Assembly: GCF_001194135.2 (NCBI RefSeq)
Contig: NC_068987.1
Location: 73,299,545 to 73,363,544, forward strand
Source of the DNA: Octopus bimaculoides
Taxonomy: Eukaryota
Reading direction: 5' to 3'
DNA length: 64,000 nucleotides
Below are positions 27,180 through 39,695 of the stretch, one piece after another; the stretch's first letter is position 1, and every line of letters starts with the position of its first letter. Under the pieces are notes generated by a model. That model worked only from the letters and a program-made list of their open reading frames with translations, had not been told where the DNA came from and did no database searches. The translations under genes and the position numbers were made by a program.

Positions 27180-28045
27180 AATGTGGAAGGGGAGGGGACA
27201 CTGGGCTGCACACCCCAGAACAAATGGCATGCTCAGTCATGCTCCGTAGTTATGATTGCAATGGCATTGCTATGGAGAAGGTCAGCGACACTTATTGCAA
27301 CAGCCACTCCACTTCATAGGGGTTCATTCCTCAGATGGGTTGATGTTATCCTGATTTTGCAAATGAAATTGGTAGTGTGGGTCCGAGAACACTTGAGGTC
27401 TCAATGGCAACTGGCACAGACTGAAAGCAGTTGGTCAGGTGATTTAGCTGGGGAGTGCCTGGAAAGCTGGTTTTGTCTTCCTGAATGTCCTTGTTGTTTA
27501 ACTGGGAGAGGTTGTCGTTCATTGGTTACTTTCTCCACCAGCTGAACACCCACTTGTGCTTGTCACCAAGCAGCTCAGCCATAGATCTAGTTAGGGTCCA
27601 AGTTTCACGCTTGTAAAGGAGGATTGGGTTGGCTGTTGCTATAAAGAAACTGTTTTGGGGCTGTTTGGAGAGGCTGGCAATCCAGTTATTTATTTACATC
27701 ATTAAATACTTTCCAGAAAAGGCCTCTACACAACTTAATATTCCTCTCCAAGCTAGCTATAAATAATTTGAATTACTTCAAGTCTAAAGCTTGTTTGAGC
27801 AGAACATCTTCAATGGTCTTAAATGAGTCACTGTCAAAGTCCATCAGCAGAGTACTTTCAATGGAAGTGAACGGGGCTCTTTCAAGGGTCTTGAGCAGAC
27901 CATCTTTGATAATCTTGAGCAAAGACCGTTCGATGGTCTTGAGTAAAGACTGTCTGATGGTCTTGAGTGGAGATTTTTCAGTGCTCTTAAGCAGAGCTTT
28001 TTCAAAAATCTTGTGTGCCTCTAGATATATACTGTAATCTAATTA
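27180..28045 (-). mobile_element. RTEX-like LINE RT relic with in-frame 24-bp tandem array
   Basis: - strand frame ...(KTIExxLL)n ALDLK*FKLFIASLERNIK...; further downstream ATANPILLYKRETWTLTRSM matches the ATVESxLLYGCETWTLT motif. Confidence 0.65.
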
Positions 28046-28162
28046 ACATTTGTATGTCGTCTATGTTCAACACGTATCTTGTAAAATAATGTATTTTCTT
28101 ATATATAATCTACACTAAAACTATATTGTTATAATCCACACGCGTCTTTTATCTCTCAACAG

Positions 28163-28234
28163 GACAACAACATGGGTCTAGTAAAACAGTGTATTATCTC
28201 CCTTTATAAAAAAAATATACAAAGATTAACCAAG
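28163..28234 (+). CDS. COPS3: COPS3 exon 11 (PCI domain)
   Basis: [24 protein letters not shown]; aacag/GTAAGA; 72 nt. Confidence 0.97.
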
Positions 28235-29248
28235 GTAAGAAGATTTTTCTCTTTTTTTTTTTTCAAAATTTTAGGTAGATATCAGCTATAGCAATAACGG
28301 AACCAATGAGTTTCTATCAAAGCATTGAAGTCTCTGTTTTCTAATGACTGAGCTTTTTCCACAGACCCTTGCATTATAATGTTAAAGAGGTATAATTATA
28401 TTATTTCTGTAGCTGGTTCAAATCTTTATTTTGACCATATGTATGTGTGTATATGCACAAACATTTACATATGGTTTCAGATTCATTCTCATTCTACAAC
28501 TCCTTGTGAGTGAATTTGGTAGATGAAAACTGTATAAAGCCCATCATATATGTACATATGTGTGTGTCTGTGTCAATGGTTACATTCTGCACTGCACATG
28601 AAATAACAACACTTAATGATGTTTGTCAACGTTTATCTGTCAAAAAATTCATCTGGTAACTCTTGCCTTTGAAGGCACAAGTGAAATTAAAAGTCTCTTG
28701 CCTGAAAAATAGGAAGAGTATCCAGCTGTAAAACGATGTCTCAATAATATGTATTTATCCAATTCATGAGGGCATGGAAAAATGGATGTAAAATAGATAA
28801 ACATATAGTGAATCCCATAAATATTGTGTGTGTAATAGTTTTCAACATCCATTTTTTTCCCCTGTGTGTGTATGTTTGTGTGCATATCTATGTGTATACG
28901 TGTGTGTGTGTGCAATATGGCGTCATGTAATAGTGCTTGTGCAGCGCAATGTAAAAGGACCAGTGTGGCACCAGCGGCACCATGTAAAAGCCCCTGTGCA
29001 GTACTACATAGAAGTGCCCATGCAGCACCATGTAAAAGCACCTGTGTAACACCAAGTAAAAGCACCAATGAAGTGCCACGTAAAAGTACCCAGCACACTT
29101 TGTAAAGTGGTTGGCGTTAAGGGCAAGCATCCTGCCATAGAAACCATGCCAAATCAGACTGGAGTCTGGTGCAGCCTTCCAGCATGCCAGCTTTGGTCAC
29201 ATCATCCAACCTATGCCAGCATGGAGAATGGACATTAAATAATGAATA

Positions 29249-29292
<44 letters not shown>

Positions 29293-29380
29293 GAGAATAT
29301 ACAAATAATAACAACAGACGAGGACAGGTGGTGTAAATAACAAAAGTATATATTAGTATGACGCTCGGGAATACGGAAAG

Positions 29381-29417
29381 TCTTTGACGTTTCGAGCTAC
29401 GCTCTTCAACAGAAAGA
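29381..29417 (-). ncRNA. Minimal type I hammerhead-ribozyme-like motif (Penelope-type), inside a repeat at about 29291-29455
   Basis: - strand UCUUU-CUGUUGA-A-GAGC-GUA-GCUC-GAAAC-GUC-AAAGA: 5-bp stem I, 4-bp stem II, palindromic ACGU stem III, GUC site; core position 6 is U instead of A. Confidence 0.6.
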
Positions 29418-29650
29418 ATACGGAGACAAGGAGAAAAACACGGAGAAAAAAAAAAAATATATATATAATGTTGAATATTTAGTTCTGTGGATCAGTTGTC
29501 TGTTGTTCCTAATTTTGTTCGCATCTGGAATAGACAGTGGCTCTGTAGAACAAAATATTCAAATGGATTAAGTACTTAATTGAATGTAGTCTCTTTAATT
29601 TCATAATTGAGAATGCCAAGAATTATACATACTTATACACATGTACATTT

Positions 29651-29705
<55 letters not shown>

Positions 29706-29860
29706 NNNNNNNNNNNNNNNNNNNNNNNNNNNNNNNNNNNNTATATATATATATATATATATATGCACATACATATATATTTACAACCCATGCCAGCATG
29801 GAAAACAGATGTTAAAGGAGAGGATGAATGATGATGATGATGACATGATATATATATATC

Positions 29861-30082
29861 ATCATCATCATCATCATCGTTTAACGTCCGCTTTCCATGC
29901 TAGCATGGGTTGGACGATTTGACTGAGGACTGGTGAAACCGGATGGCTACACCAGGCTCCAATCTGATTTGGCAGAGTGTCTGCAGCTGGATGCCATTCC
30001 TAACACCAACCACTCAGAGAGTGTAGTGGGTGCTTTTACGTGTCACCCACACGAAGGCCAGTCAGGCGGTACTGGCAACGGC
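29861..30082 (-). mobile_element. Young RTE 3'-tail copy inserted in (TA)n
   Basis: Near-identical in reverse to 5872-6097 and 38165-38330; (TA)n on both sides. Confidence 0.85.
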
Positions 30083-30359
30083 CATATATATATATATATA
30101 TATATATATGTTATGTAGAGAGAGAGAGAGGTTGCATATATATATATATGTATATATTTATGGTGTGGGTGTATTTTATTGTACTACTGGGACTGGAGCA
30201 CCTGTCTATGGTAGAACTGGTAAGTCCCTTCTACTTAACATGTAAATAAATACGAAAAGTAAAAGGTAGTGCTATTTCAGACAAACCAAGTTTTATGTCC
30301 ATGTCTCTTGTCTCTTTCTATTATTAAGAACTCTCTCATTTCTCTTATTTTGTCCATAG

Positions 30360-30446
30360 ACGTTCCTCACATTATCATTAGCAGATATGGCTGGCCGAGT
30401 ACAACTTCCTGGTCCAGCTGAAGCCGAAAAATATGTTTTGCGTATG
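30360..30446 (+). CDS. COPS3: COPS3 exon 12 (PCI domain)
   Basis: [29 protein letters not shown]; catag/GTAAGC; 87 nt. Confidence 0.97.
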
Positions 30447-31481
30447 GTAAGCAATGTTTACTGCATGTATTGTTGTTATGTTCTGCTTTTATTGTTGGCA
30501 TTGCTGTTTGATTGAGGCACTGTCTGGCAATAAATTCATCTCATAAAGTCCATGTTTAGTAGACATGTTAACCAGATATTCCTGAAAATCTCTCTCCAAT
30601 TGACACTGCTCTGAGGAATATAGGGCATAATAGTAGTGGTACAATAGAAAACAATTTTGTTTTTTTCATATTTAACATTAGTTGTGTCCTTGAGCAAGAC
30701 ACTTTATTTCATGTTGCTTTAGTCCACTCAGCTGGCAAAAATGAGTTGTACCTGTCATTCAAGGGGCCAGCCTTGTTTCACATTCATGCTGAATCTCCCT
30801 GAGAACTATGTTAAGGGTATGTGTCTCTGTGAAGTACTCAGCCACTTGCATGTTAATTTCACGAGTAGGCTGTTTTGTCAATCATATCAACTGGAATACT
30901 TATCATAACTAATGGAGAGTCAGTAATGACAATAATAATCCTTGGATGGAATTTATAAATATTTTAATGCATTGCTACGTGTGTTTTCACAATTTACAGG
31001 TTTCTTAAGATCATAATCCGTATTCCTGGGATAATTGCAGTGCAGTCTGTAGTATCCATGGACATCAGGTAGATCATGTTCATGCATTCATTTTTTTGGG
31101 AAAAATAACATTAATGGATGTTTAACTTTGGGTTGTTTACCAATTTCGACCAACGAGAAGGTAGATTGGGGCATGTGGCTATTTCTGTGTGTATTTGTTG
31201 GGGACTGGTGGGAGGTGATAGAAAGAAAGAAATGAATGATAGTTATAAGGAGGTGGGAGGTGTGTGTGGTGCTGTTGGACTTATTTTGCTATTTGAGTAT
31301 GCAGATGTCAGGATGGGTAGTATAGATTTTTTGTTTGATCTTATTCACAGCAGGCCCCCTCATTCATAGAGTAATTCCAAAAAACTGGTATCACCAGTTG
31401 ACCTCATTAGGCTGTAGCTGGAATAATACAATAAGAGCTTTTATATGCATACTCAAAACATTTCCTGTAAACAAACTTAAA

Positions 31482-31519
<38 letters not shown>

Positions 31520-31523
<4 letters not shown>

Positions 31524-31880
31524 TTCCGGGTTCAGTCCCACTGTGTGACATCTTGGGCAAGTGTCTTCTACTATAGCCTCGGGCCGACCAAAGCCTTGTG
31601 AGTGGATTTGGTAGACGGAAACTGAAAGAAGCCCGTCGTATATATGTATATATATGTATATGTGTGTGTGTGTGTGTGTGTTTGTCCCCCTAGCATTGCT
31701 TGACAACCAATGTTGGTGTGTTTATGTCCCTGTCACTTAGTGGTTTGGCAAAAGAGACTGATAGAATAAGTACTAGGCTTATAAAGAATAAGTCCCAGGG
31801 TCGATTTGCTCAACTAAAGGCGGTGCTCCAGCATGGCCGCAGTCAAATGACTGAAACAAGTAAAAGAGAGTAAAAGAGAA
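31520..31880 (+). mobile_element. SINE family A, near-complete copy
   Basis: B-box GGTTCAGTCCC, CCTTGGGCAAGTG-type body, central (TA/TG)n, conserved tail; other partial copies near 10450, 18085 (-), 33246, 40105, 46150 (-), 46720, 51659. Confidence 0.85.
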
Positions 31881-33013
31881 AGAGAANNNNNNNNNNAGCT
31901 GGCTTATCGGACACAGTAGTGTGTCGATAAGCCAGCTGGAGGAGATGTCCTCCTGGGGCTAAAAGCAACAGTAACATCCACCCCTAGGGGTCAGCCACAC
32001 TTAAGTGGCAATATACTACACTTTATCGTGCAGTTACTGTTAATACTTCATTTAGAGAATTAACATATATATATATAATAGGATATATTTACACTTTGTA
32101 AAGTAGTTGTGGTAGGAAGGGCATCCAGCTGTCAAAACCATGTAAAAACAAACATTGGCACTTGATGTAGTTCTCTGACCTGTTGGATCCTGTCAAACTG
32201 ATGAACCTATTCCAGCATGAAATACAGACACTAAGTGATGATGATGATGACGATGATGATGATGATGTCTGCGTGCGTGTGTGTGTGTGATTTTATTGTG
32301 AAGTGAATTTTGGGATACTGTGTCTCTACCTCACCTATTTTCTTCTAACCACCCCACTGTGGCTGTATTGATACTTGTTTATAGTCAGTGAGTCTGATTT
32401 AAAAGACGAAATCGTATATGACAAAGGACAACCAGGTTTGAATTCATGACATATTATCCAGCTTCTTATTCTCAGTCACTGTGCTGGTGCCATGTAAAAA
32501 ACACCCAGTACAGCCTGTAAAATGGTTGGCATTAGGAGGGGCCTCCAGCCATAAAAGCCATGCCAAAACCGACAATAAGCACCTGGTGCAGCTCTCCAGC
32601 TTGTCAGCGCTTGTCAAACTGTTCAACCCATGCAAGTATGGAAAATGGACATTAAATGATGATGATGTTGTTTCTGTTCCACCTGCTTCTGTTGTTGCTA
32701 TAGTTCAGTGGTGTTTTTAGTAAATTAAGACTAGTGGTAAACTACAGTGGTAGGAGTTTTTGTTGTTTGATAGATTTTTTTTTTTTTACAAGAACGTGAA
32801 CTTGACCTTGGTGTCTCTTTTAGTAGGAGCATGGAAAACATGTTTTCACCAAAAGGAATTTTGCTTCTGACCATGAGTTGGTCCACAGTATGTTGTTGCA
32901 CACAATGCAGTGTGATGTTCTTTTCATCCTGGTGTTGTTATTCATTTTTCTGTCTTTCTCTCCTCCTTCCCTGTTACTTGATTTTATCCTCTTTTTCCTT
33001 TCACCCTTTTCAG

Positions 33014-33127
33014 ATTGAAGATGGTGAAATCTTTGCCACCATCAACCAGAAAGATGGGATGGTGGAGTTCCATGACAACCCCGAGAAATACAACAGTGCT
33101 CACATGCTGCTACAGCTCAACACAGAG
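33014..33127 (+). CDS. COPS3: COPS3 exon 13
   Basis: [38 protein letters not shown]; ttcag/GTAAGT; 114 nt. Confidence 0.97.
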
Positions 33128-33198
33128 GTAAGTTGAATGGGGTTGATATAACAGTTGAGGTTGATGAGGGGGGAGAGATATGTATTTGTACACATATC

Positions 33199-33233
<35 letters not shown>

Positions 33234-34589
33234 ATCTATCTATATAGGCGTGGCTGTGTGGTAAGAAGCATGCTTCCCAACCACATGGTTCTGGGTTCAG
33301 TCCCACCACATGGTACCTTGTGCAAGTGTCTTCCACTATAGCTTTGGGCTGACTAAAGCCTTGTGAGTGGATTTGCCTGATGGAAACTGAAAGAAACTCA
33401 GAGTGTGTGTCTGTATGTCTTTGTGTCTGTGTTTGTCCCTCAACTCCACTTAATGACTGGTATTGTTATGTTTATGTCCCCATAACTTAGCAGCTCAGTA
33501 AAAGTGATCAATAGAATAAATATCAGGCTTAAAAAAAAGTACTGGAGTGTAAGGCAGTGCCCCAGCATGGCCAGTCAATGATTGAAATAAATAAGATAAA
33601 TGATATATTTATACACACACACATATATTATAGATATACATATGCACATATGAGTGCGTGTGTATACCACATATAAAGTAAGAAGGATTACATATCAGGA
33701 TCTATGTGGATGCATATATCTATGTGTGTTTGTATATATTTATGTGTCTATATATGTGTGTATATGTGTATATATATAATAATACTAATAATGATAATGA
33801 TAGCTGACATGGATGTTGGTTGTGACTTTGTATAGAGAGAAGGGGAGACAGAATAAAAGTGAGATATAGAAAGAGTAAACCTGAAAGATGCAAGATACTA
33901 GGCTTGTGGCTGGAAATAAGTAAATGAATGTTTTATGTATAAACACAATGGGAGGAAAAGAATCATAGAAAAAGTTTGCTCCCTAACCACATGCTTTCAA
34001 GTTAAATTCCATTGGGGGCAATGGAATTTAACTTGAAAGAAACACAGAGCATCTCAACAGAAATATGGTAACAAAAAGGTTAATGGGTTGTGTGTCTGTG
34101 GGGTGCTCAGCCACTTGAATATAATTTCTTGAGTGGGCTGATCAGATCAACTGGAACCCTCATTGTCATGACTGACAGAGTGCCAGTTATGTGTGTGTGT
34201 GTGTGTAAAACTAAAAAATTAAGTGCATATTATTGTTTCACGTAGGTATCTTTGTCAGGTGGAATGTAGAGGTAAGACTGGAAAGGGTGCAAAGTTTGAT
34301 TACTCATGTTAGATCGATGTGGTGGTCTCAACATGTTTTTTGTTATTTTCTACTTAAGTGGTAGATTGATTTTATAACCTTTGATCCCCTGTTTTAATTT
34401 AAGTGTCAAGTGGCATAGTCTGTGGAATGTCTTTGTTCTGCTGAAATTGTGTCTCCACCACCTCTCTGTTTATATTTGTATGTTCATTAAACATCAACGT
34501 TTAAGCCATGAAACACGGGCATTAAATAATGATGATGATTTACCATGCTATTATGAGCTGACTGGGTATTCTGTTTGTGTGTGTGTGTA

Positions 34590-36615
34590 TAAGACCAAAG
34601 TTGTTAGTAAGAAACAAGATAAAGCTCCCTTTCTGTGAGGTAAATGGCCCTGATCAATATATAGGAAAGGAGTTAGAAGAAATTCCATTCACTGCACCCA
34701 GTGTTAACTGTGGACACATAAGAGGTGCAGTGGAATCATAGGTGGATTAACAGATAAAGTCGTCTTTGTATGTGGCAGATGTGCAGGAACAATAAGCACT
34801 AAGAGCACATGGGACTTAGATTCTCTCAAATGTCCAGGAGGCTCTTTTGAGGTTGTAGAAAGTTTTTGTTACCTAGGTGACCAAATTAGCAATGGTGGAG
34901 GATGCTCTGAAAGTATTGTTTCTAGAATAAGAATTGGGTGGAGGAAGTTCAGAGAGCTATTACCTCTGTTGGCAACAAAAGGACTCTCTCCCAGAGTGAA
35001 AGGTAGGTTATATGATGCTTGTATGCGAATGGCTATACTCCATGGTAGTGAGACATGGGCTTTGAATTCAGAAGACATGTAGACTGGAGAGAAATGAAGG
35101 TAGTACGCTCTGTTGGATGTGCAACATCAGTGTGCATGTACAACAAAGTGCAACTGTATTGAGAGAGAAGTTGGGCATAAGAGGAATCAAACATAGCATG
35201 CAAGAGAGAAGACTACATTGGTTTGGACATGTGATGAGTTTGAATGAGTACAGCTGCATAAAGAAGTGCTGATCACTGAAAATAGATGGTACCTGTGGAA
35301 GAGGGAGACCCTGGAAGACATGGGATGGAGTAGTAAGCCAATCTCAGGATGTTGGGCCTCACGGAGGAAATGACTATGGACCGAGATGTCTGGCGATATG
35401 AAGTTCTAGGGAAGACCTACCCATGTCAGTGAAACTGAGTTCTAGAAGCACTGTGTGTCCCACCCACACTTAAGATTTTTCACACACTCTACTTCAACAA
35501 ACTAAACTACATCTCTACATCTCTTCCTCACGTTTCCAATTCATGCACTAGGCCTACCTCCCACTTTGCAATCCTGTCCTCTTGGCCCTGTGCCACTGTA
35601 TCATTGGTCTCCACCAGCTTCCAGCCTGTGTGTTCCGCCCATGCCCTGTATCACTGTATCATTACTATCTGCTAGCCCTTGACCTGTGTGTTCCACCCAC
35701 ATGGAACAAGAAAACTTTTCACACATCCTAACCCAACAAACCAATCTACATCTCTTCTTCACATTTCCTCCTTCATACTCTGTGCCTAGCTCCCACTCCC
35801 CAGTTCTATCCTCACGGCCCTGTTCCTCTGTATCATTGCTATCTGGTAGCCCCCTGACTCTATATATACCCAGGTTTTCGCCAGTCACTCCCCCCTCAGC
35901 ACTCTTTAATCATGCTTCCTTCACAATATACTGCCAATTATATTATGGAGTTCATACCCCAAGGGTATGCCCTGGCACTTTCCACCATCTATTTCTCTCT
36001 TCCTTCACTCAACCATCCCATTTATATTCTGATCCCCATCCCTTGCAAGTATACCTGCCACTTTGTCACCATCTCTATCCTGCTGTCTCCCACTCTCTCT
36101 CTTCTTCTCCTGCACTTCCCTCAGCGCACCTGTTTCTGTCTTCATTCCTGATCTCTCTCTCTCTCTCTTTGGCCAGGTAACCTTGTACCTCCTCTACAGC
36201 AAGACACCTGTTTCTGTCTCTCTGCCTCACGATAACCTTTCATCATCTGACACAAGATCACCTCCTCCAACGTCCCCTCCTTTCTCAAAAGAGTTTTTTT
36301 TTTGTCTTGCAAGTACTTGGTGGCCCTCACAGTGCAGGTGCCACTTAAAAGCACCCAGTCCACACTGTAAAGTGGTTGGTGTTTGGAAGGGCATCCAGCT
36401 GTAAAAACATTGTCAAAACTGACCTCACCTGTGCTTGTGCCACGTAAAAAGCACTAAGTCCACTCTACTGAGTGGTTGGTGTTAGGAAAGGCATCCAGCT
36501 GTAAAAACTCTGCCAAAACAGTTACAGAAGTCTGGTGCAGGCTTCAGCCTAACTGGCTCTTGTCAAACTGTCCCACTTATGCCAGCATGGAAGGCGGATG
36601 TTAAACGATGATGAT
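34590..36615 (+). mobile_element. 5'-truncated RTE LINE with 3' UTR
   Basis: Stop-interrupted ORF2: IHCTQC*LWTHKRCSG...FVCGRC (PHD-like Cys/His), FCYLGDQIS...RIRIGWRKFRELLP...LHGSETW; runs through a pyrimidine-rich UTR into the abundant TTAGGAAGGGCATCCAGCTG tail and (GAT)n. Confidence 0.85.
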
Positions 36616-36744
36616 NNNNNNNNNNNNNNNNNNNNNNNNNNNNNNNNNNNNNNNNNNNNNNNNNNNNNNNNNNNNNNNNNNNNNNNNNNNNNNNNNNNNN
36701 NNNNNNNNNNNNNNNNNNNNNNNNNNNNNNNNNNNNNNNNNNNN

Positions 36745-36797
<53 letters not shown>

Positions 36798-36805
36798 ACA
36801 TACAT

Positions 36806-36838
<33 letters not shown>

Positions 36839-36839
36839 G

Positions 36840-37170
36840 ATGCAGGGTTCAGTGGTTAGAGCATTGGGCTTACAATCATGAGGTTGTGAGGTCGATCACT
36901 AGATTAGGCTGCATGTTGTGTTCTTGAGCAAGACACTTTATTTCCCGTTGCTTTAGTTCACTCAGCTGTAGAAAAGAGTTGCGACACCACTGGAGCCAAG
37001 CTGTACTGGCCTTTCTATTGGATACCATCAGTGGCGTGCAGAAGGGAGGCTGGTACATATGGGTGACTGCTAGTCTTTCACAAGCAGCCTTGCCCAGACT
37101 TGTGCTTTGGAAGGGAACTTTCTAGGTGCAATCCCATGGTCATTCATGACCAAAGGTTTTTGTTTTACCC
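36840..37170 (+). mobile_element. tRNA-headed SINE family B
   Basis: Head TTCAGTGGTTAGAGC..., body TTGTGTTCTTGAGCAAGACACTTTAT; copies at 44300-44610 and 30680-30910. Confidence 0.75.
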
Positions 37171-37619
37171 TTTATGTTTGTGTGTGTGTGTGTGGGGGTA
37201 AGTAGGTGAAATAATCACAAAGTAAAATAATGATGATAGCTTGTAGAACTATTTTCATTAGCATATGTATGGAAGTTAGGGTAGTGAATCATGAAGCTTA
37301 TGTACATGTTATGTCAAAGGGGCCCCTCTCTTCTCTCTCTCTCTTTTTTTCAAGGGAAATTCATGTCCTGTTTGTTGCTATTAATATTGCCATAACAAAT
37401 GTTTGCCTTGTTATGTATTTAATGTTGTACTGTTGTATCAACTTTGTCGGCTTGTCACCATTAATGACAATAGCAACAAGAAACACCTCGAAATTATTAA
37501 CCGCACCAACACTACAAATAATACCATTTGCAATGAGCCAAGGGATCACACCTCTGTGTGATTGTTTATTTAACTTGGTAGAAATTACTGCCAAATCTCT
37601 CAGATCACCACCTATCGTC

Positions 37620-39695
37620 ATCATCATTTAATGTCTGTTTTCCATGCTGGCATGGATCGGATGGTTTGACCGGAGCTGGTAAGGTTGGGAGCCACACCAG
37701 GCACTGTTTTCTGTTCTGGCATGGTTTCTACAGCTGGGTGCCCTTCCTAATGCCAACCACTATACAGACGGTATTGGGTGCTTTTATGTGGCACCAGCAC
37801 CAGTGCTTTTAATGTGGCACCAGCACCAGTGCTTTTTATTTGGCACCAGCATGAGTGCTTTTTATCTGGCACCAGCACTAGTATCAATTCTGCCATGGCG
37901 GATGGGTCTTCTTGAGTACAACAATGCACCTGATATCTTGGACCTTAGTCATCCCTTTCGTAAGTTTCAGTGTCTTCAAATTAGCCTTCAATACTTTGTC
38001 CCTTGAGGTCGGCCCTTTTTTTTTTAAAAAAGGAAGGCTATATTGAATAATGTATTCTTAGATGTAGATACATTTCTGGAACTGAGACTGGGTGGTGACT
38101 TTTACTTAAGGCTGACCTGTGGCTAAACAACACTGCCACCATTAGCACAAATAGCATCGTCATTGTCTCTGAGTGGTTGGTGTTAGGAAGGGCATCCAGC
38201 TGTAGAAACTCTGCCAAATCAGATTGGAGCCTGGGGTTGCCATCCGGTTTCACCAGTCCTCAGTCAAATCGTCCAACCCATACTAGCATGGAAAGCGGAC
38301 GTTAAACAATGATGATGATGATTGCCGTCATCATCATCATCATCATCATAATCATCCTTATGTGTTGTAGTAGCAACAGCTGCAATACTAGTACCATCAT
38401 CAACTGCAACAGCAATGACAACACTAACAGTGACAATAAACACAGCAGTGACCACGAAACAACAACAGCTGTGACGAAAACAAAGAATCAAAAGCAATCA
38501 ATGTATGATGATGGCAGTTGACATGTTTATAGTGATATAGTATGGTTTGTTAAATATTGCTGTGGCTGTATATACAAATATACAGGTGGATGAAGAGATG
38601 GGTGAAGTTGTTGACACAAACGTTGATAGATCTCACAGCTTTCAACGATAAAACCACAAACAAATGTATAAGAAAGAAATTGGGAGCAACAGTTTCCGAA
38701 ATTTGACTGGTAATTATTATATTATTTAACACAGGGTCACCCCAGTTGAATAAAGCTACGATCAAAGGCATTCCTGCCATGACCATCATGTCTTTTATTC
38801 AGCTGGTTACATTATGTAATCTGCTATTTTACTTTGACTGACATCATTTAACGTCTGTTGTCCATGCTGGGTTGGACGGTGTGACCAGAGCTGGTGGTGG
38901 TGGTGGGGGTTCTGCACAAACTCCAGTCTGATTTGGCATGGTTTCTACAGCTGGATGCCCTTCCTGATACCAACCACTTTACAGAGTGTGCTGGATGCTT
39001 GTATGTGGCACCATAGAAGCACTTTTATGAGGTACCACATGGGTGCGTTTACATGGCAGAACATTGGCTCTTTTACGTGACACCACATGGGTGATTTTAT
39101 GTGGCACTATGCAGGTGCTGTTACATGATGCAGCATGGACACTTTTGCATGATACTGCACAGCTTTTATGCGTCACTGTATGAATGCTTTTACATGACAC
39201 CACCATGAGTGCTTTACACTACCAGAGAATCTGTCTTAACACTTCTGCTGAGGGGTGCAGGTCTTCTTGAGTACGGTCTTTTGTCATCTCACCTGGGAGA
39301 GAAAGAGAGACTCTCTCCATCTCTATCTTTCTCTCTCTTCTTCTCCAGCCGGGGCATCCTTATATCTCTTCTACAGCAAGGCACCTGTTTCTATCCCTCT
39401 GTTATTTTTTTAACATCTCTTCAACTGGCACAAAGCCACTTCACCCTCAATACTACTACCTCATTTGAGAGAACTTTGTCTTCTTGTGTCATAAGTTACT
39501 TGGTGACACCACAGGTGCTGGTGCCATGAAAAAAAGCACCCACTACACTCTGTAAAGTGGTTAGCATCCAACTATAGAAACCATGCCAAAACAGACAATA
39601 AAGTTGGTACAGCCCTCTTGCTTGCCAGTTCTTGTCAAACCATGCAACCTGTGCCAGCATTGGAAAACAGATGTTAAATGATAATGATGATGATA
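37620..39695. repeat. Cluster of four alternating-orientation RTE-tail copies
   Basis: 37620-37900 (-), 38165-38330 (+), 38840-39330 (-), 39480-39695 (+). Confidence 0.8.

Noticed and set aside
27768-28037. Nested gene or antisense exon encoding an 8-aa repeat protein (ORFs open on both strands; possible phase 2-2 exon 28031-27777)
   Set aside because: The - strand frame continues into decayed LINE RT, the acceptor has no polypyrimidine tract, and the + ORF is the shadow frame.
28920-29110. CRISPR-like array
   Set aside because: Degenerate tandem units without unique spacers, in a eukaryotic retroelement tail, with no cas genes.
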